NCBI GenBank assembly: GCA_043820105.1
Contig: JBDREC010000096.1
Span: forward strand, 1-39,584
Length of the DNA: 39,584 bases
Reading direction: 5' to 3'
Source of the DNA: Pseudomonadota bacterium
GTDB taxonomy: Bacteria > Bdellovibrionota_F > JAHFAK01 > JBDREC01
This document shows, piece after piece, positions 9,120 through 17,874 of the stretch. The position numbers were made by a program, and so were the translations under genes. Under the pieces are notes generated by a model. That model was given only the letters and a program-made list of their open reading frames with translations, ran no database searches and was not told the origin of the DNA. The first letter of the stretch is position 1. Every line of letters begins with the position of its first letter.

Positions 9120-12100
9120 ATGCTTATTCAATTTTATAGTTTTTCATATTTAATTACATTAATTTGTGGATTCCTTCTCGGGTTTTATATTTTTACTAGG
9201 GAAAAGAACAAGCAAAACATAATATGGGGAATAATGCACCTTGGTGTAGTTTTATGGAGCTTTGGAAGATATATTCAAATAAATACAAACTCTCATCAAA
9301 CTGCTATTTTAGCTTCGCACGTCTTATTAATAGGTTCACTAATAATTTATCCAACATTATTTCATACAACTTTCATTTTTATAAAAAGAGATTTATTAAA
9401 AAAATGGAAAATATTATTAAGTGTGCTCTATGTAAATTCGCTAATATTAATAGCTATTGAATTTTGGGATATATTTAATGGTGGAAACACATTAATTATT
9501 GAAGTTATACCAAAATTAGACTTCAAGTATTATGAAACCTTTGGTGTATTTTTAACATCACATTTAATAGTGCAACTTTTATTTCCAGTCATTGGTATAT
9601 ATGAATTAATAGATTATTACTTAAAAGCTGATAAATCTGAAAAAAATAGAGTTAAGTATTTTTTATTAGCAATAGTGTTTGGCATAGTTGGATCCACAAC
9701 TGTCCTTGGACTATCTTACAATATCCCAATTACACCATTTGGAGTGTTATTAATCCCTCTCTACCTCATCATGATCAGCTTCGCAATCTACAAACATCGC
9801 TTAATGGACATAAATTATTTTGTTTCCAAGTCAGCAAGTTTTATTTTTCTTTTGTTATTATATGTTGTGCCAGTTTTATTAGTAATAATTTATTTAAATA
9901 AATTCCTGTTTAGTGATTCTATTTCTTGGGGAACAGGAACTTTACTCTTTTTAGCTTTGGCGTTGTCTGGATGGGTTATTCCAAAACTAAAACAATGGAC
10001 AGAATCAACAATAAGTAAAAGCTTTTTTAAAAGAAAAATTGAATATGACAGGGTTTTATCACACCTATCACAATTTATAAATTCAACTTTGAATCTTAAA
10101 AATGTAATTACTGAGATAATGGAAAACCTTGAAAGGGTTTTAAAGCCAGAACAATATGCTTTTTATATATATAACGAATCAAAAGATAGTTTTTCTTTGC
10201 AAACAGAACTTAATTTTAAAAAAGAAAGTGAATATAAAAACATATCATGTGATAATCCAATAATTAAATATTTTTTACAAAATACGAATGAAATTTATTT
10301 AGTTGTTGAAGAGGCAATAAGGACTGAACTTTTTAAACAGTTTCAAGATTTAGAAATAGAGAGCAAGAAATTTGGAATGGAAGTAATTTTACCATTAAGA
10401 ACTGAAGGAAGATTAATCGGCTTAATGTCTTTGGGTATGAAAAAGTCAGGTTTTTATTCTGAAGAAGATTTAGACCTATTATTCAGCGTTTCTAACAATG
10501 CAGGAATGGCGATTAACAATGCTATTTCTTACAAAAAGATTGAAGACCTGAGTATAAATCTTGAAAATAAGGTAAAAGAAAGAACTATTGAATTAGAAGA
10601 CGCCTATGACAAACTAAAAGAGCTTGATGAAGTTAAAACAAACTTTCTATCCAACATTTCACATGAACTGCGCACACCGCTCACAGCCATCAGCAATCCG
10701 GTTGAAATGATACTTGCTGGGGATTTGGGTACGATTAATGATGAGGTTTATGATTATTTGGATGTTGTTAAGAATAATGCTTATCGTTTGTTAAGATTAA
10801 TTAATGACCTTTTGGATATTTCTAAACTGGAATCTAATAAGATGGAACTTAAATATTATAAAGTGGCTGTTGTTCCTTATGTTGATTATCTTGTTAAGTC
10901 TATTGAGCCACTTGTGACAAATAAAAACATTACCTTAAAGAAAGATTATCAAATCGATAATTTTGATGAATTTTTTGATCCTAATAAAATTGAAAAGGTC
11001 ATTATTAACTTACTTTCAAATGCCATAAAGTTCACTGATAATGATGGTGAGATCATTATATCCCTTAAAAAAGAAAATGAATCTTTTTGCTTATCAGTTA
11101 AAGATTCTGGCATTGGCATTGATCCCAAAGATCACAACAAAGTTTTTGATCGTTTCAGCCAAGTTGATTCGACTTTTTCTAGAAAGCATGAAGGAACAGG
11201 CATTGGGCTTGCTCTGGTCAAAGAGCTTGTTGAGCTTCATAAGGGTAAAATTTCGCTTGCTAGTGATATTGGCAAAGGATCTACATTCACTGTTGAGCTT
11301 CCTAGAGTTAATCAGGATGAAATAACTGTTTGGACAGAATATGCAATTGATGATACTGACAGGCGAAAAGAAGAAAGAAGAAAAAATTATGATCGCCGTT
11401 TAAATGACAGGCGTGATAATGAAGACAGACGTGTTGCAACTAGCAAAGAAAATCTTTTAAAAGCAGTAATGGCTGAAAAAGGCTTGTCAAATATTGACAA
11501 AGAAAAGGAAAGCTTAAAACTTACAAAGCATATTAAAATCTTAGAAGGCCGCCCTAACCTTTTATTAGTTGACGACAACCCAGATATCCTCCGTGTTCTA
11601 ATCACAACTTTAAAAGACGATTACAATATAAGTTTCGCTTTTAATGGTGCAGAAGGTTTTGAAAAACTTAATAATGAAAGATTTGACATTGTGCTTTCTG
11701 ATATCATGATGCCAAAAATGAATGGAATCCAGCTTTGTGAAAAAATAAAACTTGATGATAAGTTAAAATATATTCCAGTAATATTATTAACATCAAAATC
11801 AGACATTGAATCAAAAATTCTTGGATATGAAACAGGTGCTGATGATTATGTTACCAAACCATTTAATGCTAATGAATTAAAAGCCAAAGTCAAAGCACTT
11901 CTAAAACTCAAAATGATAATTGATGAATTCAATCAAAATGAAAGAATGATTTCTGTTGGTCGCCTGGCAGCTGGAATTGCACATGAAATAAACAATCCAC
12001 TGAATTATGTTATTAACAGCATAAGACCATTAAAACAAAATATCGCAGAATTAACTTCTCAAACGGATTTTATTGAAAATGAAGCTAATAAAGAAACTAT

Positions 12101-12704
12101 AACTGATATTTCAAAATGCGTTGATCTAATTAAAGATGGTTGTGAACGCACAATTAAAATTGTCAAAGACCTAAGAATGTTTTCACGAATTGATGAGTCA
12201 GTTTATATTGCTGTATGTGTAAATGAAGGAATCGATTTATCTTTATCATTACTTGAACATTTAACTAAAAGCAAAATCACGATCCACAAAAATTATAGAA
12301 CTAATAATCCTATCTTTTGCTATTCTACATTAATTAATCAAGTGTTCATGAACATTCTAACAAACGCAAGTCAAGCGATCACAGATAATCAGGAAAAAGG
12401 AAACATTTGGATTGAAACATATGAAGAAAATGATTTTACCTATATTAAAATAAAAAATGATGGGCCCAAAATACCTGATGAACTTTTAAAAAGAATCTTT
12501 GATCCCTTTTTTACAACAAAAGAAATCGGTGTTGGCTCAGGTCTTGGTCTTTCAATAAGCCATGGAATAATTGCTAAACATGATGGAAAAATTACAGCCC
12601 AAAACCAAAAAGATGGTGTTTTATTTACAATGAGCTTACCAGCTTTAAAACACAATCCAATAGAAAATCAAAACAAGATTTTATCCCAGGAGGTCAATTT
12701 ATGA
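9120..12704 (+). CDS. Membrane hybrid sensor kinase: 7TM-GAF-HisKA-HATPase-REC-HisKA-HATPase
   Basis: Hydrophobic N-terminus ending FAIYKHRLMDI (HisKA_7TM-like), GAF (LPLRTEGRLIGLMSLG..YSEEDLDLL), H-box SHELRTP, N/G boxes NLLSNAIKF, DSGIGI and GTGIGL, REC (LLVDD, DIMMP, KPF), second H-box AHEINNPL and second HATPase (GSGLGL). Confidence 0.92.
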   Translation: MLIQFYSFSYLITLICGFLLGFYIFTREKNKQNIIWGIMHLGVVLWSFGRYIQINTNSHQTAILASHVLLIGSLIIYPTLFHTTFIFIKRDLLKKWKILLSVLYVNSLILIAIEFWDIFNGGNTLIIEVIPKLDFKYYETFGVFLTSHLIVQLLFPVIGIYELIDYYLKADKSEKNRVKYFLLAIVFGIVGSTTVLGLSYNIPITPFGVLLIPLYLIMISFAIYKHRLMDINYFVSKSASFIFLLLLYVVPVLLVIIYLNKFLFSDSISWGTGTLLFLALALSGWVIPKLKQWTESTISKSFFKRKIEYDRVLSHLSQFINSTLNLKNVITEIMENLERVLKPEQYAFYIYNESKDSFSLQTELNFKKESEYKNISCDNPIIKYFLQNTNEIYLVVEEAIRTELFKQFQDLEIESKKFGMEVILPLRTEGRLIGLMSLGMKKSGFYSEEDLDLLFSVSNNAGMAINNAISYKKIEDLSINLENKVKERTIELEDAYDKLKELDEVKTNFLSNISHELRTPLTAISNPVEMILAGDLGTINDEVYDYLDVVKNNAYRLLRLINDLLDISKLESNKMELKYYKVAVVPYVDYLVKSIEPLVTNKNITLKKDYQIDNFDEFFDPNKIEKVIINLLSNAIKFTDNDGEIIISLKKENESFCLSVKDSGIGIDPKDHNKVFDRFSQVDSTFSRKHEGTGIGLALVKELVELHKGKISLASDIGKGSTFTVELPRVNQDEITVWTEYAIDDTDRRKEERRKNYDRRLNDRRDNEDRRVATSKENLLKAVMAEKGLSNIDKEKESLKLTKHIKILEGRPNLLLVDDNPDILRVLITTLKDDYNISFAFNGAEGFEKLNNERFDIVLSDIMMPKMNGIQLCEKIKLDDKLKYIPVILLTSKSDIESKILGYETGADDYVTKPFNANELKAKVKALLKLKMIIDEFNQNERMISVGRLAAGIAHEINNPLNYVINSIRPLKQNIAELTSQTDFIENEANKETITDISKCVDLIKDGCERTIKIVKDLRMFSRIDESVYIAVCVNEGIDLSLSLLEHLTKSKITIHKNYRTNNPIFCYSTLINQVFMNILTNASQAITDNQEKGNIWIETYEENDFTYIKIKNDGPKIPDELLKRIFDPFFTTKEIGVGSGLGLSISHGIIAKHDGKITAQNQKDGVLFTMSLPALKHNPIENQNKILSQEVNL

Positions 12705-13870
12705 ACGATTTAGATTATAAGGATTATCGAGTAATTATTGTTGATGATGAGAGTGGAAACCTTGAATCTTTTGAGCTATGTTATAAAAAAACTTTTAATG
12801 TTATTACGTGTGATAATGCCACTACTGCTCTTGAAAAAGTTAAGGCATATGATAATGTAGCATGTGTTGTTTCTGATCAAAGAATGCCAGACATTTCAGG
12901 GATTGAACTCTTAGCAAAGGTTAAAGAAATCAATCCATCTATTCAAAGATTTATAATCACAGGATATTCAGACATCTCTGTATGTATTGAAGGTATAAAC
13001 AATGGCCTCATTAATAAATATTTTCAAAAACCTTATGATGTTGAAAATCTTGAAAGTGAGATAAAAGGTGCTATTTATACATACTTAAAAAAGATAGAAA
13101 ATGAAAAACTAACAACGCTTTTAATGGAAAAAGTAAGTCAACTAGTAAAACTTAAAAATCAAGGTTCAGACGAAGATGTTAATACTTTAATTAATTCTTT
13201 AGTATCAGAAGTTTCAGCGTTTGAAGAATTTTCAAAGATTGACCAGTTAGAAGAGAATAATATTAATAATAAAGAAGATATAAATACACAAAACGCAAAA
13301 GCAAGTTTCTTTTCTGAAGAAGTAATGGATTTAATAAGGACAAAAGAAGACAAATCCTATGTGAAAATACTAATTTTAAACCCATCTAATTATAAGGAAA
13401 TCGTTAATTTCTGTGATATGCACCATGAAACTTTATCAAACTATTCCTTAGTTTTTGAAATTATAAGTTCTGATGAAAACATTATTCAAGCAAGCAAAAA
13501 ATGCTTTCATGAATGCCAAAGCAAATATAATCTCAATATAACCGTCAAAACAAAGCTTCAACAGCTGAAGGATGTTCTCAATTCAGGCTTAAATGATCTT
13601 TTTGATATTATTTATGTACCATATTTATATAATCATTTTTCCACACCTGTTGCTAAATTCATAACAAATCAACTCCTGCTAGGTCTTTTTGTAAATGGAA
13701 AACTAGTATTTTCCAATTATTCTCATGCTTGTTCAAACACTGCAGATCCACAAAGAGTTGTAGTAAGAACTGAGGCTGATATTAATGATCTTTTAGAAAT
13801 AGCTGATGAAGCACCAAAGATAATTGTCGATAATTCTAGCAATATTATTTTTGCTTCTATAAAAAAATAA
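12701..13870 (+). CDS. Response regulator with a C-terminal degenerate class I SAM-methyltransferase-like domain
   Basis: REC motifs IIVDDE, SDQRMP, ITGY and KPY. C-terminal KILILNPS...FDIIYVPYLYNHFS...LFVNGKLVFSNY follows the class I MTase layout but lacks the Gly-rich motif I. ATGA overlap with the kinase stop codon. Confidence 0.8.
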   Translation: MNDLDYKDYRVIIVDDESGNLESFELCYKKTFNVITCDNATTALEKVKAYDNVACVVSDQRMPDISGIELLAKVKEINPSIQRFIITGYSDISVCIEGINNGLINKYFQKPYDVENLESEIKGAIYTYLKKIENEKLTTLLMEKVSQLVKLKNQGSDEDVNTLINSLVSEVSAFEEFSKIDQLEENNINNKEDINTQNAKASFFSEEVMDLIRTKEDKSYVKILILNPSNYKEIVNFCDMHHETLSNYSLVFEIISSDENIIQASKKCFHECQSKYNLNITVKTKLQQLKDVLNSGLNDLFDIIYVPYLYNHFSTPVAKFITNQLLLGLFVNGKLVFSNYSHACSNTADPQRVVVRTEADINDLLEIADEAPKIIVDNSSNIIFASIKK

Positions 13871-13878
13871 TTGATATT

Positions 13879-16449
13879 CTATCTTCCACTATACCTTCCA
13901 CAATGAAATTCCACTCTAAAGGTATCAACATTATTATCTTCCCTCTGAGAAAAGGCCGTTATATTTGCAATAAAAGAAGGTTTTTGGCCCGCTTTTACAA
14001 CAACAGTAAATAGGCCTTCTTGTCTCAAATTTTGCACTCCATTACTTACGTATTCTTGCTGTGCCCAATTCATATTAGAAACTCGATATACTTGATTATC
14101 AAATAAAACTGAATTTTGCTGGAGCCAATAATCATAGTTTCCTTTTTTTCCTAATACACTACCATAGTGTTTATTTATTGTAGACTTTGAAAATCCAGTC
14201 TGCTGTACAAAAAGATCAGTTAAAGACTCAACTTTATATTCAGCGGCCATTTGAGAACTCAAAGGACAATATCTTTTTAAGAAATTCATTAAAGATTTAT
14301 CTATTCCAGATGGTCTATATTGAACACTTGCACCTGCTTCTTCTTCATTATCATCACCTTCCTCAGCATTTTGTTCATCTTGATTTTCCTCTCCTAGCTC
14401 AAGTTCGGGTTCGGGTGTTAGCTCAAAGTCATCTTCATCTTCTAAGACTTCTTTTATTTCTCCTTCCTGAGGTTCTAAAACTTCCAAGACTTCTTCAGGT
14501 TCTTGAGGCTCTACATTCATTACTTCTTGAATTACTTGTTCAACTTCATCATCAACATCCCCTGGAACTTCTTGACCTTCAAGCCCATCCCAAACCGACT
14601 CATTTCCCTCAAGCCTTTCAAGCACATCTTCATTTTCAATTTCTAAATCATCCTGAACATCATCTAATTCTTCTTCATCTAAAACCTTTTCGTCTTCAAA
14701 ATTTTCATATGACATAATTTTTAAAAGTTTATTTTTAAAACTTTTTTTGTATAATCTAGATTCTTCAAGCAAAGCTTCTTTTTTATTTGTTGATATCTTA
14801 ATAAGATAATTATCCATAGTAGCGATTTTTAACAAGCTGCGTGCAGTTACATTATATTCAACAAGAATCCTTCTTCCTTCCATATTTAAAAGAACCTCTT
14901 CTTGCATCAAAACATTAATAAGATCATCATAACGTCTTGGAGGATAGTTTTCAGGATCAATTACTCTAATATCTGCATAAAAAAGATCAATATACTGCTC
15001 AGCTCTTTTTTCCCCATATACATCAAGATCACTGCTACCAAATTGACCTCTTTTCTTGTATATTAAAAGATAATTTTCCCAAGCTTCTATGGCAGCACTA
15101 TCATTTTCTTTAATTGCAGTTAAAAATCTTTTAAGATGTGGTCTATTTAATTTTGAAATTTGCTTATAAACAGAAGCTTGTTTCGCTTTTTTACTCAACT
15201 CTGCTTCACTTGTAAGATCATCTGTAAAAATTTCACTTATAATAGTTGTCATTACAACAGGATCACTTTTGAAAGATGAATAAAAACTTGAAAAACAAAT
15301 ATCATTATTAACATTAGATTCTACATTACATAGAGCAATTATTTTCTTTTTACCATCTTCATCATTTAAAACAAGTTTTGCACCGTCAAAACATAAAGCA
15401 AGTTTATCTTTACTATCACTTGTTGAAATGCAATTTCTAAATCCCTTACTTGCAAATTGATTATTATCATTTCCAGAATAAGCATTTTCCAATGCTTCCA
15501 GGTATTTTGCTTCGACCTTATTAAGATGATTAATATTTGAGAAATCAAGCTTTGCAAATTCTTTGGAAATCCTTTCAAAATCACTATCTAAAATTGAATC
15601 TATTTCTCTTCTATATGCGGCTTCTTCAAAACTTAACATCTCTCCTTTATATTCTTCCATACATGCTTGTTCTAAAGATTTGTCAAAATTACTAAGCTTC
15701 TCGTCAAGATATCTAAGCCCATCTTCAACATAATGACAACTTTTATAATAATAACTTTCTTTTTCCGCTGCAACAAGTTTACCATTAAGTTTAAGTACAG
15801 TTAGCTCAGCGACATTTCTTCCACCTTTAATTATTTTTATTTTGCCATCACTTAACTTATAAGCCAAATCATATTCAATTTGCATATCATCAATAGCTAA
15901 AGTAGCGGCTATTGGTGGTGGATCCAGGAGTGTTTTATACTGTTTTTGTCCTTCCAAAGCTCTCCATATTTTAAGCTTATTATCTTCCAAATAAGCATTT
16001 ATTTCAACAATAACATCTGGAGCCATTTCAGCATCTATATCTAAACCATCTGCAACATTCATAATTTGAGCATCATTTAATGAATTTGAAGAGTTTTTTA
16101 AACAGTATTGTTTTCTATTTTTATGAATTTTTTCAGATTCCTTGAGCAGATATTGAAACATGCTTTCTCTACAATTTTCATATCTTTCATTATCAATATT
16201 TTTTAAAGGTTTTGCATCTGAAAATATATAATACCAATCAACATCTACATTATTATTCTTATCTAATTTATAAATGCCTTTTTTCTTTGCCTCTTGAGTA
16301 CATTCATAATTAGGACCTAAAATTCCCTTATATGGTTTCCTTGTATTTGCAAATAATGTATTTAAACTTAAAATAAGAATAATTAAGATTATAAATAAAA
16401 ACTTGCATCTAAGGCAATTAATTTTGTTTGGTTTTAATTTAAAACACAT
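13879..16449 (-). CDS. Large secreted hypothetical protein with a long acidic linker
   Basis: 856 aa ORF with a signal-like segment (FLFIILIILILSLNTLFA), several Cys, and a roughly 125 aa Glu/Asp-rich low-complexity tract before a C-terminal globular domain. Confidence 0.75.
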   Translation of the reverse strand: MCFKLKPNKINCLRCKFLFIILIILILSLNTLFANTRKPYKGILGPNYECTQEAKKKGIYKLDKNNNVDVDWYYIFSDAKPLKNIDNERYENCRESMFQYLLKESEKIHKNRKQYCLKNSSNSLNDAQIMNVADGLDIDAEMAPDVIVEINAYLEDNKLKIWRALEGQKQYKTLLDPPPIAATLAIDDMQIEYDLAYKLSDGKIKIIKGGRNVAELTVLKLNGKLVAAEKESYYYKSCHYVEDGLRYLDEKLSNFDKSLEQACMEEYKGEMLSFEEAAYRREIDSILDSDFERISKEFAKLDFSNINHLNKVEAKYLEALENAYSGNDNNQFASKGFRNCISTSDSKDKLALCFDGAKLVLNDEDGKKKIIALCNVESNVNNDICFSSFYSSFKSDPVVMTTIISEIFTDDLTSEAELSKKAKQASVYKQISKLNRPHLKRFLTAIKENDSAAIEAWENYLLIYKKRGQFGSSDLDVYGEKRAEQYIDLFYADIRVIDPENYPPRRYDDLINVLMQEEVLLNMEGRRILVEYNVTARSLLKIATMDNYLIKISTNKKEALLEESRLYKKSFKNKLLKIMSYENFEDEKVLDEEELDDVQDDLEIENEDVLERLEGNESVWDGLEGQEVPGDVDDEVEQVIQEVMNVEPQEPEEVLEVLEPQEGEIKEVLEDEDDFELTPEPELELGEENQDEQNAEEGDDNEEEAGASVQYRPSGIDKSLMNFLKRYCPLSSQMAAEYKVESLTDLFVQQTGFSKSTINKHYGSVLGKKGNYDYWLQQNSVLFDNQVYRVSNMNWAQQEYVSNGVQNLRQEGLFTVVVKAGQKPSFIANITAFSQREDNNVDTFRVEFHCGRYSGR

Positions 16450-16496
16450 AGTAACTCCGAATTTTAATTAAAAAATTAATATATAATGCAATATTG

Positions 16497-16512
16497 TGCA
16501 TATTTGGTGCCA
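16497..16512 (-). promoter_or_regulatory. Sigma54 -24/-12 promoter for the 16449 gene
   Basis: Minus strand TGGCACCAAATATGCA, 48 nt upstream of the ATG. Confidence 0.65.
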
Positions 16513-16708
16513 TCCTAAAAAACAAGGTTTTTTCTATCATAACAACAGATTAATCAAACAAAAACTGTATTTTTTATGTTAAAGTGAATGATTGTTGTAA
16601 TATATAAGATGACATATGCGACTTTATATTCTCAATTCAAATTAATCCTAATAAATAAAGAAATCAAGAATATGAATTTTAGGAATTTAAAATCAAGAAT
16701 TTGATAAA

Positions 16709-16737
16709 TTGACTATTTTCAATTAAATAACTAAAAT
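16709..16737 (+). promoter_or_regulatory. Sigma70-type promoter of pilT
   Basis: TTGACT, 17 nt spacer, TAAAAT; GAGG RBS before ATG 16767. Confidence 0.55.
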
Positions 16738-16766
16738 TTTCCAACATTTCAAAACATGAGGACCAC

Positions 16767-17807
16767 ATGTCAGAATTTTTAGATATTTTCAGATACGCTG
16801 GTAAGATTAATGCAAGTGATGTTTTAATAATCGCTAATTCTCCACCTGTTTATAGAGTTAATGGTGATTTAACTCCTGCAAATATGAGTGTTCTAAGTGC
16901 TGAGCAAACAAAAAAATATCTTTATTCTTTAATTGATGAAGATAAAATTAAGAAGTTTGAAAAAACTAAAGAACTGGATTTTTCATTTTCTGTTGATGAT
17001 AAGTTTAGATTTAGGGTTAATTATTACTGGCAAAGAGAAACTGTTTCAGCTGCTTTTAGATTAATCCCTTATGCAATTCCCAGTTTTGAAGATTTGGGAA
17101 TACCTGAGATCGCTAAGAACTTAACAAAATTTCAACATGGTCTTGTTTTAGTAACAGGACCAACTGGCCATGGCAAATCAACAACTCAAGCCTGCCTGAT
17201 TAACCATATAAATTTGAACAGGAAAAAACATATTATCACAATTGAAGATCCAATTGAATATATACACAAAAATATAAACTCTTTCATTGAACAAAGGGAG
17301 GTCTTGCAAGACACTTTAACCTTTGCAAATGGCCTGAAATACGCATTAAGACAAAATCCTGATGTCTTGCTTGTTGGAGAAATGAGAGATCTTGAAACTA
17401 TTTCCTCAGCCCTAACAGCCGCTGAGACGGGTCACTTAGTTTTTGCAACTCTGCATACAAATGATGCCACACAAAGTATAACAAGAATCATCGACGTCTT
17501 CCCGCAGAGCCAGCAAAAGCAGATTACAATTCAGCTAGCTTTCACACTCAAAGCAGTACTATCTCAAAGGTTGATTCCTGGAATAGATAAAAGAAGATAC
17601 TTAGCAAGTGAAGTGCTAATTCAAACCCCTGCTCTATCAAATATGATACGTGAACAAAAACTCACTCAAGTCTTCTCAATGATAGAAACTCAAGGTGCTT
17701 TAGGTATGCATACAATGGATAGTTCGATTTTGGAATTAGTTAAGAATAAAAAGATCACAAAGAACACAGCTCAGCTTTATCTGAAAAAACAGGATACAGA
17801 TATTTAA
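16767..17807 (+). CDS. pilT: Type IV pilus retraction ATPase PilT
   Basis: ASD.., Walker A GPTGHGKST, Asp box TIEDPIE, Walker B LLVGEMRD, His box AETGHLVFATLHT and an AIRNLIRE-like ALSNMIRE. Confidence 0.95.
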   Translation: MSEFLDIFRYAGKINASDVLIIANSPPVYRVNGDLTPANMSVLSAEQTKKYLYSLIDEDKIKKFEKTKELDFSFSVDDKFRFRVNYYWQRETVSAAFRLIPYAIPSFEDLGIPEIAKNLTKFQHGLVLVTGPTGHGKSTTQACLINHINLNRKKHIITIEDPIEYIHKNINSFIEQREVLQDTLTFANGLKYALRQNPDVLLVGEMRDLETISSALTAAETGHLVFATLHTNDATQSITRIIDVFPQSQQKQITIQLAFTLKAVLSQRLIPGIDKRRYLASEVLIQTPALSNMIREQKLTQVFSMIETQGALGMHTMDSSILELVKNKKITKNTAQLYLKKQDTDI

Positions 17808-17819
17808 ATTTGAAATAAA

Positions 17820-17843
17820 GGAGGGGACAAGCCCCTCCCCTAC
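17820..17843 (-). repeat. GTAG-type REP-like palindrome between convergent genes (may also act as a terminator)
   Basis: Minus strand GTAG-GGGAGGGG-CTTGT-CCCCTCC: a GTAG tetranucleotide followed by a GC-rich hairpin. Confidence 0.55.
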
Positions 17844-17874
17844 ATTATTATCAGCTTATTCCCTTGTTCCCACT

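Noticed and set aside
14187-14717. 176 aa plus-strand ORF
   Set aside because: Antisense shadow of the acidic low-complexity tract of the 13879-16449 gene (His/Leu-rich, no RBS).
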